The notes beneath the pieces are model-generated. The model made no database searches and was not told the DNA's origin. It saw nothing but the letters and a program-made list of their open reading frames with translations. Below, one piece after another: positions 15,728 to 33,017 of a stretch of DNA of 64,000 bases (its first letter is position 1; each line of letters starts with the position of its first letter). This DNA comes from the human T2T-CHM13v2.0 reference genome, Homo sapiens. The stretch is from NCBI RefSeq assembly GCF_009914755.1, contig NC_060931.1, one strand, 5' to 3'. A program made the position numbers and the translations under genes.

Positions 15728-17316
15728 TTATGAATGTACTTAATGCCACTCAATTGCAGATCTAAATGTTTAAAGTGGTAAACTTCATGTTATGTACGTT
15801 TTACTACAATAAAAACAGACAGAACACAACCAAAGCTATACCAGCTATATTAATTTCAGAGTAGGCTTTAGAACCCTGCAGTGAACCTCCACAATGAGGC
15901 CTTTGAAATCCTGTCCTCTACCAATCACTTCCACTCAGTCTTTTACCATACCAAGAGTTCTTGCCATTCTGAAGACAGCTCTTCAAATGTGCCGTGTTGT
16001 CTCTGCCCTGAGTCTTTGTGCCTGCTTGTCCTTCTGTTTGATAAGTTCTCCCACTCTTCATCTGGTTACCTTCTACTTGTGCTTTAGGATAAAGATGGAA
16101 ATCACCTCCTTCTGGAAGGCTTCCTGGGCGACCACCAACCCTCATCCCAGACTTTGGGAGGCGCTCTTTTTAAAGGCATCTGTGGGCTGCCATGCTATAC
16201 TGTGATAGGCGACTTTCTTGTCTGCCTTCTTCACTACCCTATCAGCTCCTTGAAGGCAGGGATATCATGTCTCATTCTTTATATTCCTAGTACCTGGTAT
16301 GGTGTCTGGTGTATGGCAGGCACTCAATCAATAGTTGTCAAATTAATATAATTATGGGACAATGCTCGTGAAGGGACATGGAAGACCAGGACATGAGAAG
16401 CTTCCCCCTTTAGCATACTGGTCATTCACCACCTTTTTTTCTACTGTCTAGTGAATCAGTATATAGGGCATAATGTGAAGTATCTCCCAATCTGATAAAT
16501 AGTATCTTTTGATTGTTAAACTGGTGAAATCCACACACGATGGATGTGAATAAATGTCTGCAAATATCATCCTAAGAAACAGGATGCAACAGTGCCTGGA
16601 AACCTAATCAAAGCATGACGGAATGTGAAGGAAAGCTGTAACCTAATCAATGGCCTTAACAGCTGAAGAAAGAATATGTGAGCAGAAGGGGGGTGGTCTA
16701 TAGGGAGTGCTGAAAAGTGGAGCCAAGGAACAAACATTTGTCATGATGTCTCTAGCCCTGTCAAGGGAAAGAGTTGTTTTTTGACCATTAGGCACAAGTA
16801 TGCAGTCCACCCTATATCCCTATGGATGCCACAGAGCTCATCCAATTCCCTCCCTTTGTTCTGATTTCATGCTCACAAACAGCCTCCTGATTATAATTTG
16901 GCTTCCCATGTAGATTTTCCAACAGGAGAGAATGCGCTGACCAGTCAACATGAACATCTGGTCCATTTGGCAAGGAGCGTTCTCTTTGTATACGAATGCA
17001 TTGGTGTTCTGGTTTCTATATCAGTCAGTTTATATACCCCAGGGTCTGCAGAGGTGCTCCTTCTTCCAGCTCTTGCTAGGACTGCCAGCAAGGTCCTGCT
17101 CCCCTTTGTTTGCACCCTTACCCAGCCAGTGTGGGCTGAGGACAAAGTATGAGGAGTCAGCCACAGCTCCTCCAGGTATAAACCCATCTTGCTTTGGGCT
17201 TACCTCTTCCTCATAGAGGTAAAGGGCTTTGGACCCACAGTCAGTGTTGATGGGCAGGACCTTCCCGCAGGGTTTTTCCTCTTCTTCAGAAGCCTGGTCT
17301 CTGCTCATGATACAGT

Positions 17317-17701
17317 GTTTTGTTTTTAAGATTCAGGGGGTACATGTGCAGGTTTGTTATATTGATATATTTCATGATGCTGAGACTTGAGCTTCTATGG
17401 AAATTGTCATCCAAATGGTGAACATAGTACCCAATAGGTAGTTTTTCAACCCTTGCCCCCTCCTTCCCTCCTTCCTTTTAGAGTGCTGTGTCTGTTGTTT
17501 CCATCTTTATGTCTGTGTGTACCCAATGTTTAGCTCTCACTTATAAGTGGGGACATGTGGTATTTGATTTTCTGTTTCTGTGTTAATTCACTTAGGATAA
17601 TGGCCCCCAGCTGCATCCATGTTGCTGCAAAGGACGTGATTTCTTTTTTTTTTTAATGGCTGTGTAGTATTCCAGGGTGTATATGTACCACATTTTCTTT
17701 A
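17317..17701 (-). mobile_element. Old primate L1 3' fragment (L1PA13-16-like) with 12-bp TSD
   Basis: L1 3'UTR sequence (gattcagggggtacatgtgcaggtttg...). TSD TCATGATACAGT at 17305-17316 and 17702-17713. Confidence 0.85.
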
Positions 17702-18584
17702 TCATGATACAGTTCTATCTTCCTGTGCTGTGGTTCCCTGCCAATACATTCATGCACCTTAGCAATAATTTTCAAAGGTCAGGGATTAGGAAAAAACACT
17801 TCCAGAGAACACAGCTGATATCGAGATGACTCTGGCTGTGGTTCACCCTGTCAAGGACTCAGGCATAAGTGGAATGGAGGAAGGAGAAGGAGATGGCCAG
17901 CCTCTACCCTGTTGAGTTAGTCCTGTTGGGATGGATGCTTGGATAATTTCTGTTGGTCCTAAGGCCTCCACCAACGTTTTGGTAGTGCTGTGGCTATTCT
18001 GGGGTGCTTTATCTTGATGGGCTGCTTTGAGTTCTGGAAAAATTTAGGAGCTAAGTTAATGGAATTACTGAGAGGAAATGCCAAATGGATTGTTGTTGGG
18101 CTGGAGAGAGGCCTTGTATACATTTTCAGGTTGAAAGGAAGATCTGTAGAAAGTAGAGAGAAGGAAGATGGGGTTGGTGAACCCTATTCTAAGAAAAGAA
18201 AAAAAACCTAAAAATTCGTAGTTAACTGGAGGAAATTAAGCATTTATTCTTCCTTTCTAGCAGGAACTGATTTCAGGGTAAGCAAATAGTCCCCAGTTGG
18301 TGAGGAAAAGCTCTGTCAGAAGAATGTCATCAAATAAATGCAGAAGGAATTATAAAATAAGAAAAGCAAAATTTTGGAAGCCCAAATAAAATTACTGATT
18401 CAGGCAAAAAGCTTCAATTGTTGTTAAAAAAAAATGCTGGGGAGCTAGATACTTGTATAGTACCAAACAAACACATCCCAGACAGCTTCTCAGTGGCAAG
18501 GAGGAAAAAACATACAATGAAGGGGTCAGGTTGTCAGCATCCTCATATCTGGGGGTGGTCAATCTTAGTTTTACTAATGGGTAG

Positions 18585-18953
18585 TGTATTAGTCTATTCA
18601 TGCTGCTGATAAAGACATATCCAAGACTGGGCAATTTACAGAAGAAAGAGGTTTGATGGACTTACAGTTCCATGTGTCTGGGGAAGCCTCACAATCATGG
18701 CAGAGGGCAAGGAGGAACAAATCACATCTTACATGAATGGCAACAGGCAAAGAGACAGAGAGTTTGTACAGGGGAACTTACCTTATAAAGCCATCAGATC
18801 TCTTGAGATTTACTCACCTTCACTAGAACAGCACAGGAAAGATCCACCCCGATGACTCAATTACCTCCCACTGGGTCCCTCCCACAACATGTGGGAATTG
18901 TGGGAGTTACAATTCAAGATGAGATTTGGGTGGGACACAGCCAAACCGTATCA
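18585..18953 (-). mobile_element. THE1 (MaLR) solo LTR
   Basis: Reverse complement of TGATA.GGTTTGGCTGTGTCCC...TAATACA, near-TSD GGTAG/GATAG. Confidence 0.88.
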
Positions 18954-19911
18954 GATAGTCAGCTAGATATTATGTGTCCCCTGATGTAACTTGATGCAGC
19001 ATACAATATAATTTATGGTATGTTCTAGCAAAATGTATTGAACTGAAACATAGAGTTCAGATATAACTTTTATGGGAAAACAAGAGATGGAGGAACAAGC
19101 TGAATGGCGTCATGAAGAAGCAATCAGAAAAATCAGAAGGACATTCTGCAAGATAACTGACCTGGCCTCTTCAGCAGGCCAAACTCATGGAAAAGGTACT
19201 GTGCTAGCTTCAAAGAGATTAAAGGGACATCAAAACAAGATGCAATACATGGTCCTAGATTGGCCATCCATTAGGGCAAACTAACTGTAAAGAAAAATTT
19301 TTAAGCAAATGGAAAAATTTGAATATGATTGAGGGTTAGTTGAAATGGAAACTTACAGAAATGGAAAGGCAACTGAAGTTTCCAGAGAGTATATTTAGTA
19401 ATATGTCATTTGGTTAAAACATTACATATAAACACAAAGAAAGAGGCAAAAAGATATTAATGTGGGGCTTAGCAATTGTATATTCCCTTTTTTATTGAGA
19501 TACAATTTACATACTGTAAACTCACCCATACATACCATATATTTACATACCATATTTTACAAGGTTGTGGCACCATCTCCACTATATAATTCCAAATTAT
19601 TTTTATCACCCCAAAAAGAAGCCACATATACATTAGTACCCCATCTCCCCTTTCTCCACCCCAGGAAGCAATAATTTACTTTGTCTCTATGGATTTGCCT
19701 ATTATGGACAGTGCATGTACGTGGAATCATATAACATGTGGCCTTTTGTAGCTGGCTTCTTTCATTTAATATAATGTTTTTAAAGTTCATCCATGTTATG
19801 GTATGTATGATTACCTCATTCCTTTTTGTGGATGAATAATATCCCATTGTATGGATATATTAAATTTTGTTGATCCATTTATTAGTTGATGAACACTGGG
19901 TTGGTTTGACC

Positions 19912-21544
<1,633 letters not shown>

Positions 21545-22141
21545 GAAGAAATATTTATTCAAGTCCTTTGCCAACATTAAAATTAATTCATTCTTGTTTT
21601 CTAATTGTTAAGCTAAAATAATTCTTTTATATTTTCTGGACACTAGACTCTTATCAGACATGTGATTTGCAAATATTTTCTCCCATTTTGTGGGTCGTTT
21701 TCTCACTTTATGGGTCATGTCCTTTGAAGCACAAGAGTATTTAATTTTGATGAAGTCCAATTTATCTATATTTGCTTGGTTTCTTTTGTTTCTTGTGTCA
21801 TATCTAAGAAACAATGCTTAACCTACATTTATGAAGATTTACCCCTATATTTTATTCTAAGAGTTTTACAGTTTTAGCTCCTACAGTTAGGTCTTTGATC
21901 CACTTTGAGTTAATTTTTGTATTTAGTATGAGGTAGGAGCCCAACTTCTTTCTTTTGTATGGGGGTAACTGCTTGCCCCAGAAACATTTGTTGAAAGGAC
22001 TGTTTTCTCCCTAGTGAATTGTCTTGGCACCCTTGTCAAAAATCAGTTGACCATAAATGTATGGGCTTATTTCTGAACTCTCAAGTCTATTCCATTTATC
22101 TATATGTCTACCCTTCTGGCAGAATCATACAGTCTTGAATA

Positions 22142-22376
22142 TAGTAGTCCTCCCTTATTTGAGGTTTCACTTTCCATTCGTGGTTTTAGTTACCCACAGT
22201 CAACCGTGGTCTAAAATATTAAGAAATTTTGAGAGAGTGAGAGCACACATTCACATAACTTTTATTACAGTTTATTGTTATAATTGTTCTATTTTATTGC
22301 CTATTTTTGTTAATTGCTTATTTTGCCTAATTCACAAATTAAACTTTATCATGGGTCTGTATGCATAGAAAAAAAC

Positions 22377-22424
<48 letters not shown>

Positions 22425-22512
22425 GAGAGAGAGAGAGAGAGAGCTATATATATTGTTCAGTATCCACTGGGGGGCTGGGAACGTACTCCCCATGGTTAAA
22501 GGGGGACTACTG
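22142..22512. mobile_element. MER44-like TcMar-Tigger MITE
   Basis: Terminal inverted repeats AGTAGTCC.CCCTT / AAGGGGGACTACTG with TA flanks. Confidence 0.75.
22379..22443. repeat. Compound (TG)21-(TA)2-(GA)n STR
   Basis: Read directly. Confidence 0.95.
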
Positions 22513-23404
22513 TATTGTAGCTTTAGTAAGTTTTGAAATTGGAAAGTGGAAGTGTGAGTCTTTCAACTTTATTATTTTCCAAGGTTGCTGGGCTCTTCTG
22601 TGTCCCTACCATTTCCATTTGATTTTTAGAATCAGCTTGTCAATTTCTGCAGAAAAAAAAAAAAGGCATTTGGGATTTTGATAAGGATTGCATTGATTCT
22701 GTAGATCAATCTGCAGAGTATTGCCATCTTAACCATTATAAATCTTCCAACCTATGAACTATATATCTTCCCATTTATTTAGGTCTTCTTTCACTTATTT
22801 CAACAATGTTCTATAGTTTTCACTGTACAAGTCTTGAATTTCTTTTGTGTCAGTAGAAGTAAGCTCTTATGGTCTTTCACAGCCCTGGGCACAAATATGC
22901 CCTATGTATGCATGTAGACTTGTAGAGTTTAAGGAATATGCAGATTTTTTAAAAGTTCCTGTGGACATTCCATTCCCAGAATTTTCTGTTAAGCTTTTTG
23001 CTTGTCTATTATTTGCTCCAACTGTTATTCATGAACTCAAGCAGCCATGAAGTTAAACAATTACCTTTAATTGTTTTTGACAAACATACTAGGGAAAAGG
23101 TTTTTTTACACTGATGAACTTTAATCACATAAAGCCAGCCTTGCAAGTAGGGTTCCCGGGAAACACCAGATAGGTAAAATAATGACAATTTCTTTTGAAT
23201 GAGGCTTTGAAGGAGCTCCAGCTCCTTCAAAGTGGTGGGAGGTTGCGGGACTCTGCCCTCTCTGGTGGCTGCCGGGCTGCTGCTTTTTACTGCAATTGTG
23301 GGCTCTTTGTTTTCAAGGCTTCTGTGGATCTAGAAAGAGGAGCATGGGAATAGGGAAAGTTAAATTATCACAAAACTCATTGTTTTTACTGAGATTCAGC
23401 TGTT

Positions 23405-23680
<276 letters not shown>

Positions 23681-24260
23681 CTTAGGTGTTTTTCTTGAAT
23701 AAATGTTCTCTGAATGCTGTAAGCCTTTGGTTAATTTCCAGAGTTCTGAAAGGGTTTATTCTGACCATTTTTCCAGTTTTCCCATTGCTTTCATGGAGGA
23801 GAAGATTTTGAGGTTCTTAGTCTACTATTCTTGCTGATATCATTCAGCAGTAATAATTTCTTGGTGATGGTCATGTGGCAATTTATTTTGTAATACTGGT
23901 TGGTCTCAATGTTCTAATTTTCCACAATATCCATGTGATATGTCTGCAATAATACATGGTCATTTACATAAAGTAAAAGAAATAAAATCTAAAACTAAAA
24001 TCCATGAAACTTTAGTTGCCATTTCAGGGTAAATCTGGCTGGTCAGACCAGGGACAATACACTAGAAACATTCATTTAACTTTCCCTGATTGGTTACTTC
24101 AGTGATCACTGTCAATTTACCTGTAACAACCAGAAGTAAAGCCTTTCAAGTGAGAAGTTTATCTGCATGTTTGTGGGGACAGCAGAGAGAACAGTGTAGT
24201 GACTGTGACTCTCCAGTTAGTTTTGAGAGAGAGAGCTCCTTGGGATGGAGGGGTAATTTT

Positions 24261-24392
24261 TAGGGTGACCATATGCTGGTTTCCTGGGACAATCCCAATT
24301 TATACCTGTTGTCACAGTGTAATAATTAAAAGCATCCACTTTGCACTCTCAAAAGTGTCCCAATTTGGACGATGAATTTTATGGCCACCTTA
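24261..24392. mobile_element. MER94-like hAT-Blackjack MITE
   Basis: Terminal inverted repeats TAGGGTGACCAT / ATGGCCACCTTA. Confidence 0.7.
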
Positions 24393-26837
24393 GTTATTGA
24401 CAGCAGCAGCAGATGACTCAGGAACTACTGCAAGAATGGAAAACTTGGGGAGCCAGTCTAGGATTAAGAGTGGATGTAGGGATGACAGTCGAAAGGACTG
24501 AGCATGGCTCCCCAACAAATGCATAGAGGTTTCCCCCAACAGTGTCTCAGGTATCGCTTGGATTCTTGTCTCAGGGGAGTTCTTAGTTCAAGCTGATTCC
24601 TCCTGTGTTACTATAAGGCAATCACTAGATCCTCTTCCCACCTGCTCTGGCTAGCAGAGGAATTAAGGCCCACCTCCAGGCTCTTGCAGATATTTTCCAT
24701 TTATCTTTGGTAAGAGCAGCCACATGACAATCCCTTTCTGGGCTTCTTGGGCCAAGATATGGCTTGCAATTTGTGGTACTGAGTTCTCTGGTTGAAGAAG
24801 ATGCTCTGTGATAGTCTTCCAGGTGTCTGCATCTTGGCTGAAACTGCTTTGGAGGTTCGGGGAAAAAGACTCATCAACTTCAAGGATTTAGGTGAGTGAT
24901 TAGAGAGAGACAAACAGGTAAGTCTTGCCGCCTAGAGATTAGGAAGATGAGGTTCTAAGGATTCAGGGTGACTGTTAAATGCAAGGTTTGGCATGATCAA
25001 GAGCCTTCTTTGGATTCTTTTGGGTAGGCTGAAGACAGGAAACACATTTCACTAGCTTTCCTTAAGTTTTTGGAGGAGAGGAACACCAGGCAAGCATTCT
25101 CCACATGTGGGGCAAATATGTAGATGTTGCTCACTGAGAAAATAAAACACAACAAATCCCAGAATCCAGTATGATCACCATAGCAATGTAAACCCTTTCT
25201 ATGAAAGGAATGTTTCAACAAAGTAGTCACGAAGCAAGGGCGATGTTTTCCTCTGAATGCCTGTTCTCACCCTCACATGCAATTATGCAGGCATAGGCCA
25301 ATGATAGGCAGGAAATTTGTTGATGAGTGCACAGCTCTTTCAAAAAAAAGCTGTGATTAGGTGTGGGGCAAATCAGCAGGTAGGGTCAAGCTACTCATGA
25401 TAAGCCTGTATTGAACTAGATTCACCTGGAGGGAGACTTGTTTAAAAGGTATTTTCAGAGTACCTACAAAATTGCCTCATTTATGTTTTTTTCTCTCTTA
25501 TTTCATTGATGTATTGAATTACATCCACTGACTTTAAAATGTTAAGCCAATCTTCCATTTTTGGGATAATCCCCCTTGGTCAGTTTTATTTATTGTTGCA
25601 TTCAATTTATTAATATTTTGTCTATGTTTATGTATGTATGTTCATAAGGGATATTGGCCTGGAGTTTTATTTTCTTGTAATGTTTTTGGTTTCAGTATCA
25701 CTGTATTGTTGGTCTCATAAAATGAATGTTTTCCCACCTCTGTTTTCTGAAACAATTTGTGTAAGCTTGGTATTATTTTTTCCTTGAATATTTAATAGAA
25801 GTCAGGGAAACCTCTCTCCTGTTCGGAGTTTCTCTTATAGGAATATTGTTTACACTTGACTTTATTGAGAATTTACACCCTTAAATTGTACCCATTTTAA
25901 GCATACCATCCAATGAATGTTGATAAATGTATATACCCGTGTAACCACAACTACAATCAATTCTGTCATCCTTATAAGTTCCCCTATGCTCTGGTCCAAG
26001 CAATATACATTAACCTGGTCCTAGGCTACCACTGGTCTGCTTATGTCACTGTGGATTAGACTTGCATTTTCTAGAATTTCATTTATATGAAATCATATGG
26101 TATGGTTATTGTGGTTCATCATACTGTTTTTAAGACTTATCCATGTTGTTGTAGGTATTAGTACTTAGTTACTTTTTATTGCTAAGTGTGGACATACTAC
26201 AATCTGTGTATTTATTACCTGTTAATTGACCATTGGGCTGACTTCAGATTTTAGCTATTAATAAACCTACTATGAATATATATGTACAAGCCTTTGTGTG
26301 GACATATGTTTTTATTTCTCTAGTGTAAATAGGAATGGAACTGTTGGGTTGTATGGTAAATATACATTTAACTTTGTAAGAAATTGCCAAACTGTTTCTA
26401 AAGTGGCTGTACTATTTTATATTCCCATCCACAATATATGAGAGCCACAGTTTCTCAACACCTTCTCCAACACTCAGTATTCTCACTTTTAAAAATTGTA
26501 GTCATTCTAGTGGGTGTGTAGTAGTAAATTATTGTGGCTTCAGTTTGCATTTCTCTGATGACTTATGATATTGTACATCTTTTTGTGTGTTTGTTGGCTG
26601 TGCATCCTATTTTGTGAAGATCTCTTCAAACCCTTTGTCTATTTTTAATTGGGCAGTTTGTTTTTTTAATTCATGAGGTTTAAGAGTTCCACATATATTC
26701 TGAATACAAGTCGTTTGTCTGATACATGTTGTGAATACTTGCTTTTTTGGGGTATCGGTTATTATAAGTTGTATTTTTCAAGGACTTTCTCCATTTCATC
26801 TAGGTTTTCAAATTTACCAGCATAAAATTATTCATAA

Positions 26838-27164
<327 letters not shown>

Positions 27165-28479
27165 TAATGTCTGTGGGATCTGTGGTGGTAACTCTTCTTC
27201 ACTCCTGTTATTAGCGATATGTGTTCTTTATCCCTTGATCAATCTAGCTAAGGGTTTGTTGGGTTTTTTGATGCTTTCAACGAAGTATCTTTTTACTTTG
27301 TTTATTGTTTTCATTATCTGTCTCTTTTCTCCTTTGTTAATTTCTGCTCTTTGTTATTTCTTTACTTTTATGGATTATGAGCTTATTTGCCCTTCTCTCT
27401 CCAGTTTTTGAAGGTGGAAGCTTAGGTTAATGATTTCAGATCTTTTTCCTTTGGATGAGGTATAAGCTTCCCTATGAGCACTGCCTTGGCTGCATCCCAG
27501 AAATTTTCATATGCAGTATTGTATTTTCCTTGTCATTTAATTCAAAATATGTTTTCATTCTCTTCATGATTTTATCCTTGATCCCAAATTATTTATGTTT
27601 GTTTAATTTCCTTTTATATGGTGTTGTGAAGATTATACAAAAGAAACTTGAACTCCCGTTGGCATTTGATTCAGTGCTAGATAGCTTTAAGTCTTAGTTC
27701 CTGCCTGTGTTTATTGCCTCCTGCAGTACCCTGATAAAGCTCACTCACCCTCAGGTCTCATAAGCACATGTGCCCTCTTGCTGCCTCTTTGAAATTTCAT
27801 GCTAGGTGGAACCTCTTTTAAATCTCATGGTAGCAGGACGACTTTCTTTTTATAAACCATTGCACATTTGCTATTCACTCTGTCTGTATTCTGGACTTTG
27901 TCCCAGAGAGAGCCATCCTCTCCACCACTCACTTTGGGACTTCTACTCCTATGTGAGTAATTCATATTTATTTGATCATACCACAGAATTACTGTCATGT
28001 TGACATCCAAGCATAAAATTGGAGTGTCTCTATGCCATGTGGAATTGCTATAACAAGCTTTATGAGTTCTATTTTAATGTCTTTGTGGTCAGAGAATACA
28101 CTCTGTATGATTTCCATCCTTTTACATTTATCGAAACTTGTTCTGTGGCCCAACATAGAGTTTGTAGTGGTGAATGTACCATGTGAACTTGAAAAAAATA
28201 AAGAGCATTCTAAAGTAATTGGGAATATTCTCTACAAATGTCAATTAGGTCAATTTGGTAAATAGTGTTGTTCAAGTATTTTATATCTTAACTTCTCTTC
28301 TGTCTATGTGTTCTATTAATTCCTGAGAAAGGCTGAGATCTCCAACTATAATTGTGAATTTCTCTAATTCTTTTAGTTCCATTAATATTTGCTTCATATA
28401 TCTTGAAGCTCTGTTATCAGGTGCAAATACATTCAGTTTTGCTGTGTCTAGATGAACTGATTATTTTATCATTATGAAA

Positions 28480-29669
<1,190 letters not shown>

Positions 29670-30497
29670 ATCCTTCTTTATCTCTGTCAATACTCCTTAT
29701 TCTGAAGTATACTTAATTTGATATATAGTCACCCTAGATTTCTTATAATTACTTTTCACATGTTATTTCTCTTTCCCTCTTTTTATTTTAGTCTCTTTCT
29801 GTCTATGTCAAGTGTGTTTCTTGTAGCCATCACAGAGTTGGGTCTGGTGTTTTTATTCACTGTGATAATTTCTGCCTTATAATTGAATATTTTTATTTCT
29901 TTATATTTAATTACATATATGGTTTAGCTTATGTCTACCACTTTGCTATTACTTTTCTATTTGTTCATCTTATTTTTTTCTTTTTCTCATTTTTCACCCT
30001 CTTTTGTTTTAATTGCTTATTTTTTAGTGTTTCATTTTATTTCCTCTATTGCATTACTAGCTATGGCTCTTTGATGTTTCTGTGGCTGTTCTATGTATAA
30101 TAATATCCATCTTTACCTTATTACACCATGTTATAAATCATATTCTATCCCATTAAGTATGCCGCTGTATCTGTCTATATTCCCCTTCCGACCTTTGTGC
30201 TCTTGCCGTTTTCCTTCTACATATTAAATCCCACAATGCGTTGTTATTATTGGTATTTAAACAATTATACTTTAAAGGGATTACAGAAATGAGAAAAATT
30301 TATTTATTTTAACCCACATATTTACCATTTCTGATTTGTGTGTGTAGGGCAGTGGAGATCTAAGTTTCCTTTCTTCAAGAAGGAATAATTTTCCTTCAGG
30401 TATCATTTTCCTTCAGACTGAAAAATTTCATTAACATTTCTTATAGTATAATAGTGCCAGACACAAATAATTTCAGTTTTGTGTTTATCTGAAAGTC

Positions 30498-31298
<801 letters not shown>

Positions 31299-32112
31299 TG
31301 AACTTCAGATTTTATTTGGGTTTCAGCAGTTTTTCCATTAATGTTTTCTTTCTGTTCCCAGATCCTATCCAGGGTACCACATTGCTTTTTTTTTTTTCAA
31401 ATCATGTATCCTTAGTCTTCTTTGATGTATGATACTGTCCCAGTCTTTGCATGACCTTGACGGTTTTGAAGGGTTCTGGTCAGGTATTTTATAAAACATT
31501 CTTCAATTTGAGTTTTTTTGATGTTGTTCTCATGATTAGATTGGGGTATGGGGTTTTGGAAGGAAGGCCACAGAGGTAAAATGCCCTTCTCATCACATCA
31601 TATAAGGAGGTACATCATGGCTGTATGACATCACTAGTGACATTAACCTTGACCATTTGGTTAAAGTAGGATTTGCCAGGTTTCTTCATGGTATAGTTAA
31701 TATTTCTCCCTTTCCACACTTTATTCTTTAGAAGTGAGTCACTAAGTAAAGGAAGAAGGAATTAAATTCTACCTGATAGAGTGGAGAGTATCTACCTATA
31801 TTATTTGGTTCTTATGTAAAGATTTGTCTCCTCGCTTTGATTTATTTACTTATGAAATTGTTTATTCAATCACTTATTTATATCAGTAGGGACTCATGTA
31901 TATTTACTTTGTAATTTGGATTATAATCCAATAATGTTATTTATTTTGTTGCTCAAATTGTCCTAGATTTTGGCAGAACCCGAAATCTGGGCACTGGTTT
32001 TGTTCATTACTACCAGAATGTCATTGCTTAGTTCCTCTCAGCAGACAGAGCTAGGTAATATATGTAAGTATACTAACCCAAAGACTGTTTCTCCATGTAA
32101 GTGTGTATGTAT

Positions 32113-32115
<3 letters not shown>

Positions 32116-32152
<37 letters not shown>
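32116..32152. repeat. (AC)18 microsatellite
   Basis: Read directly. Confidence 0.95.
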
Positions 32153-32158
<6 letters not shown>

Positions 32159-32728
32159 TTCATACTGATGCCTCTGACTCCAATTCAGTCCCACAGAGCT
32201 CATTCTAGCCCACCTTTCTTGCTTTTCTGTCACTTTCCTCCCCAACAGTGGGAACCTGGCTCCCACCATTCACCCTTCACCTACTTAATTGCCCATCTCC
32301 CATATACATGTAAAGCAATTTCAGAATTGTTCACCTATACTCCAATGAGAAGCAAATTTACCAACTAGAATACAGTGTTGATATACAGTTTCTTTTGCCT
32401 TTAGCCTTAAAGCTTCCACTTAAAATGCACTTTCCAAAGTTACTTAGTTCAGTTCCTTTTCTTCCACACCCTTAAGTGTGGTTATAATTTTATTACAAAA
32501 TAAAGTTAGATTTATTTGTCATAGTTTACATTCCATCCTGGGATTTCCCCTGACATCCTGCTTGATCTATATCAATAATTACTGTCATTATTACTGTAGC
32601 GTTATAGTAATAGTATATCTTGAAATCAGGTAATGTTCTTTTTCAGAATTATTTGGCAATTCTAATTCCTTTGCCTTTCCATGTGAATTTTAGAATAAGC
32701 TTGGAAATGTCTACAAAAAAGTTGGTGG

Positions 32729-33017
32729 GGGCTGGGTGTGGTGGCTCATGCCTGTAATGTCAGCACTTTGGGAGAATCAGGTGGGCAGATCACTTGAGGT
32801 CAGGAGTTTGAGACAAGCCTTGCCAACGTGGTGAAATCCTGTCTCTACTGAAAATACAAAAAGTTATCCAGGCATGGTGGTATGCACCTGTAATCCCAGC
32901 TACTTGGGAAGCTGAGGCAGGAAAATTGCTTGTACTTGGGAGGCAGAGGTTGCAGTAAGCCTAGATCACGCCACTGCATCCAGCCTGGGTGATAGATTGT
33001 CTCAAAAAAAAAAAAAA
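32729..33017 (+). mobile_element. AluS
   Basis: Dimer; TSD AAAAAAGTTGG. Confidence 0.9.
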
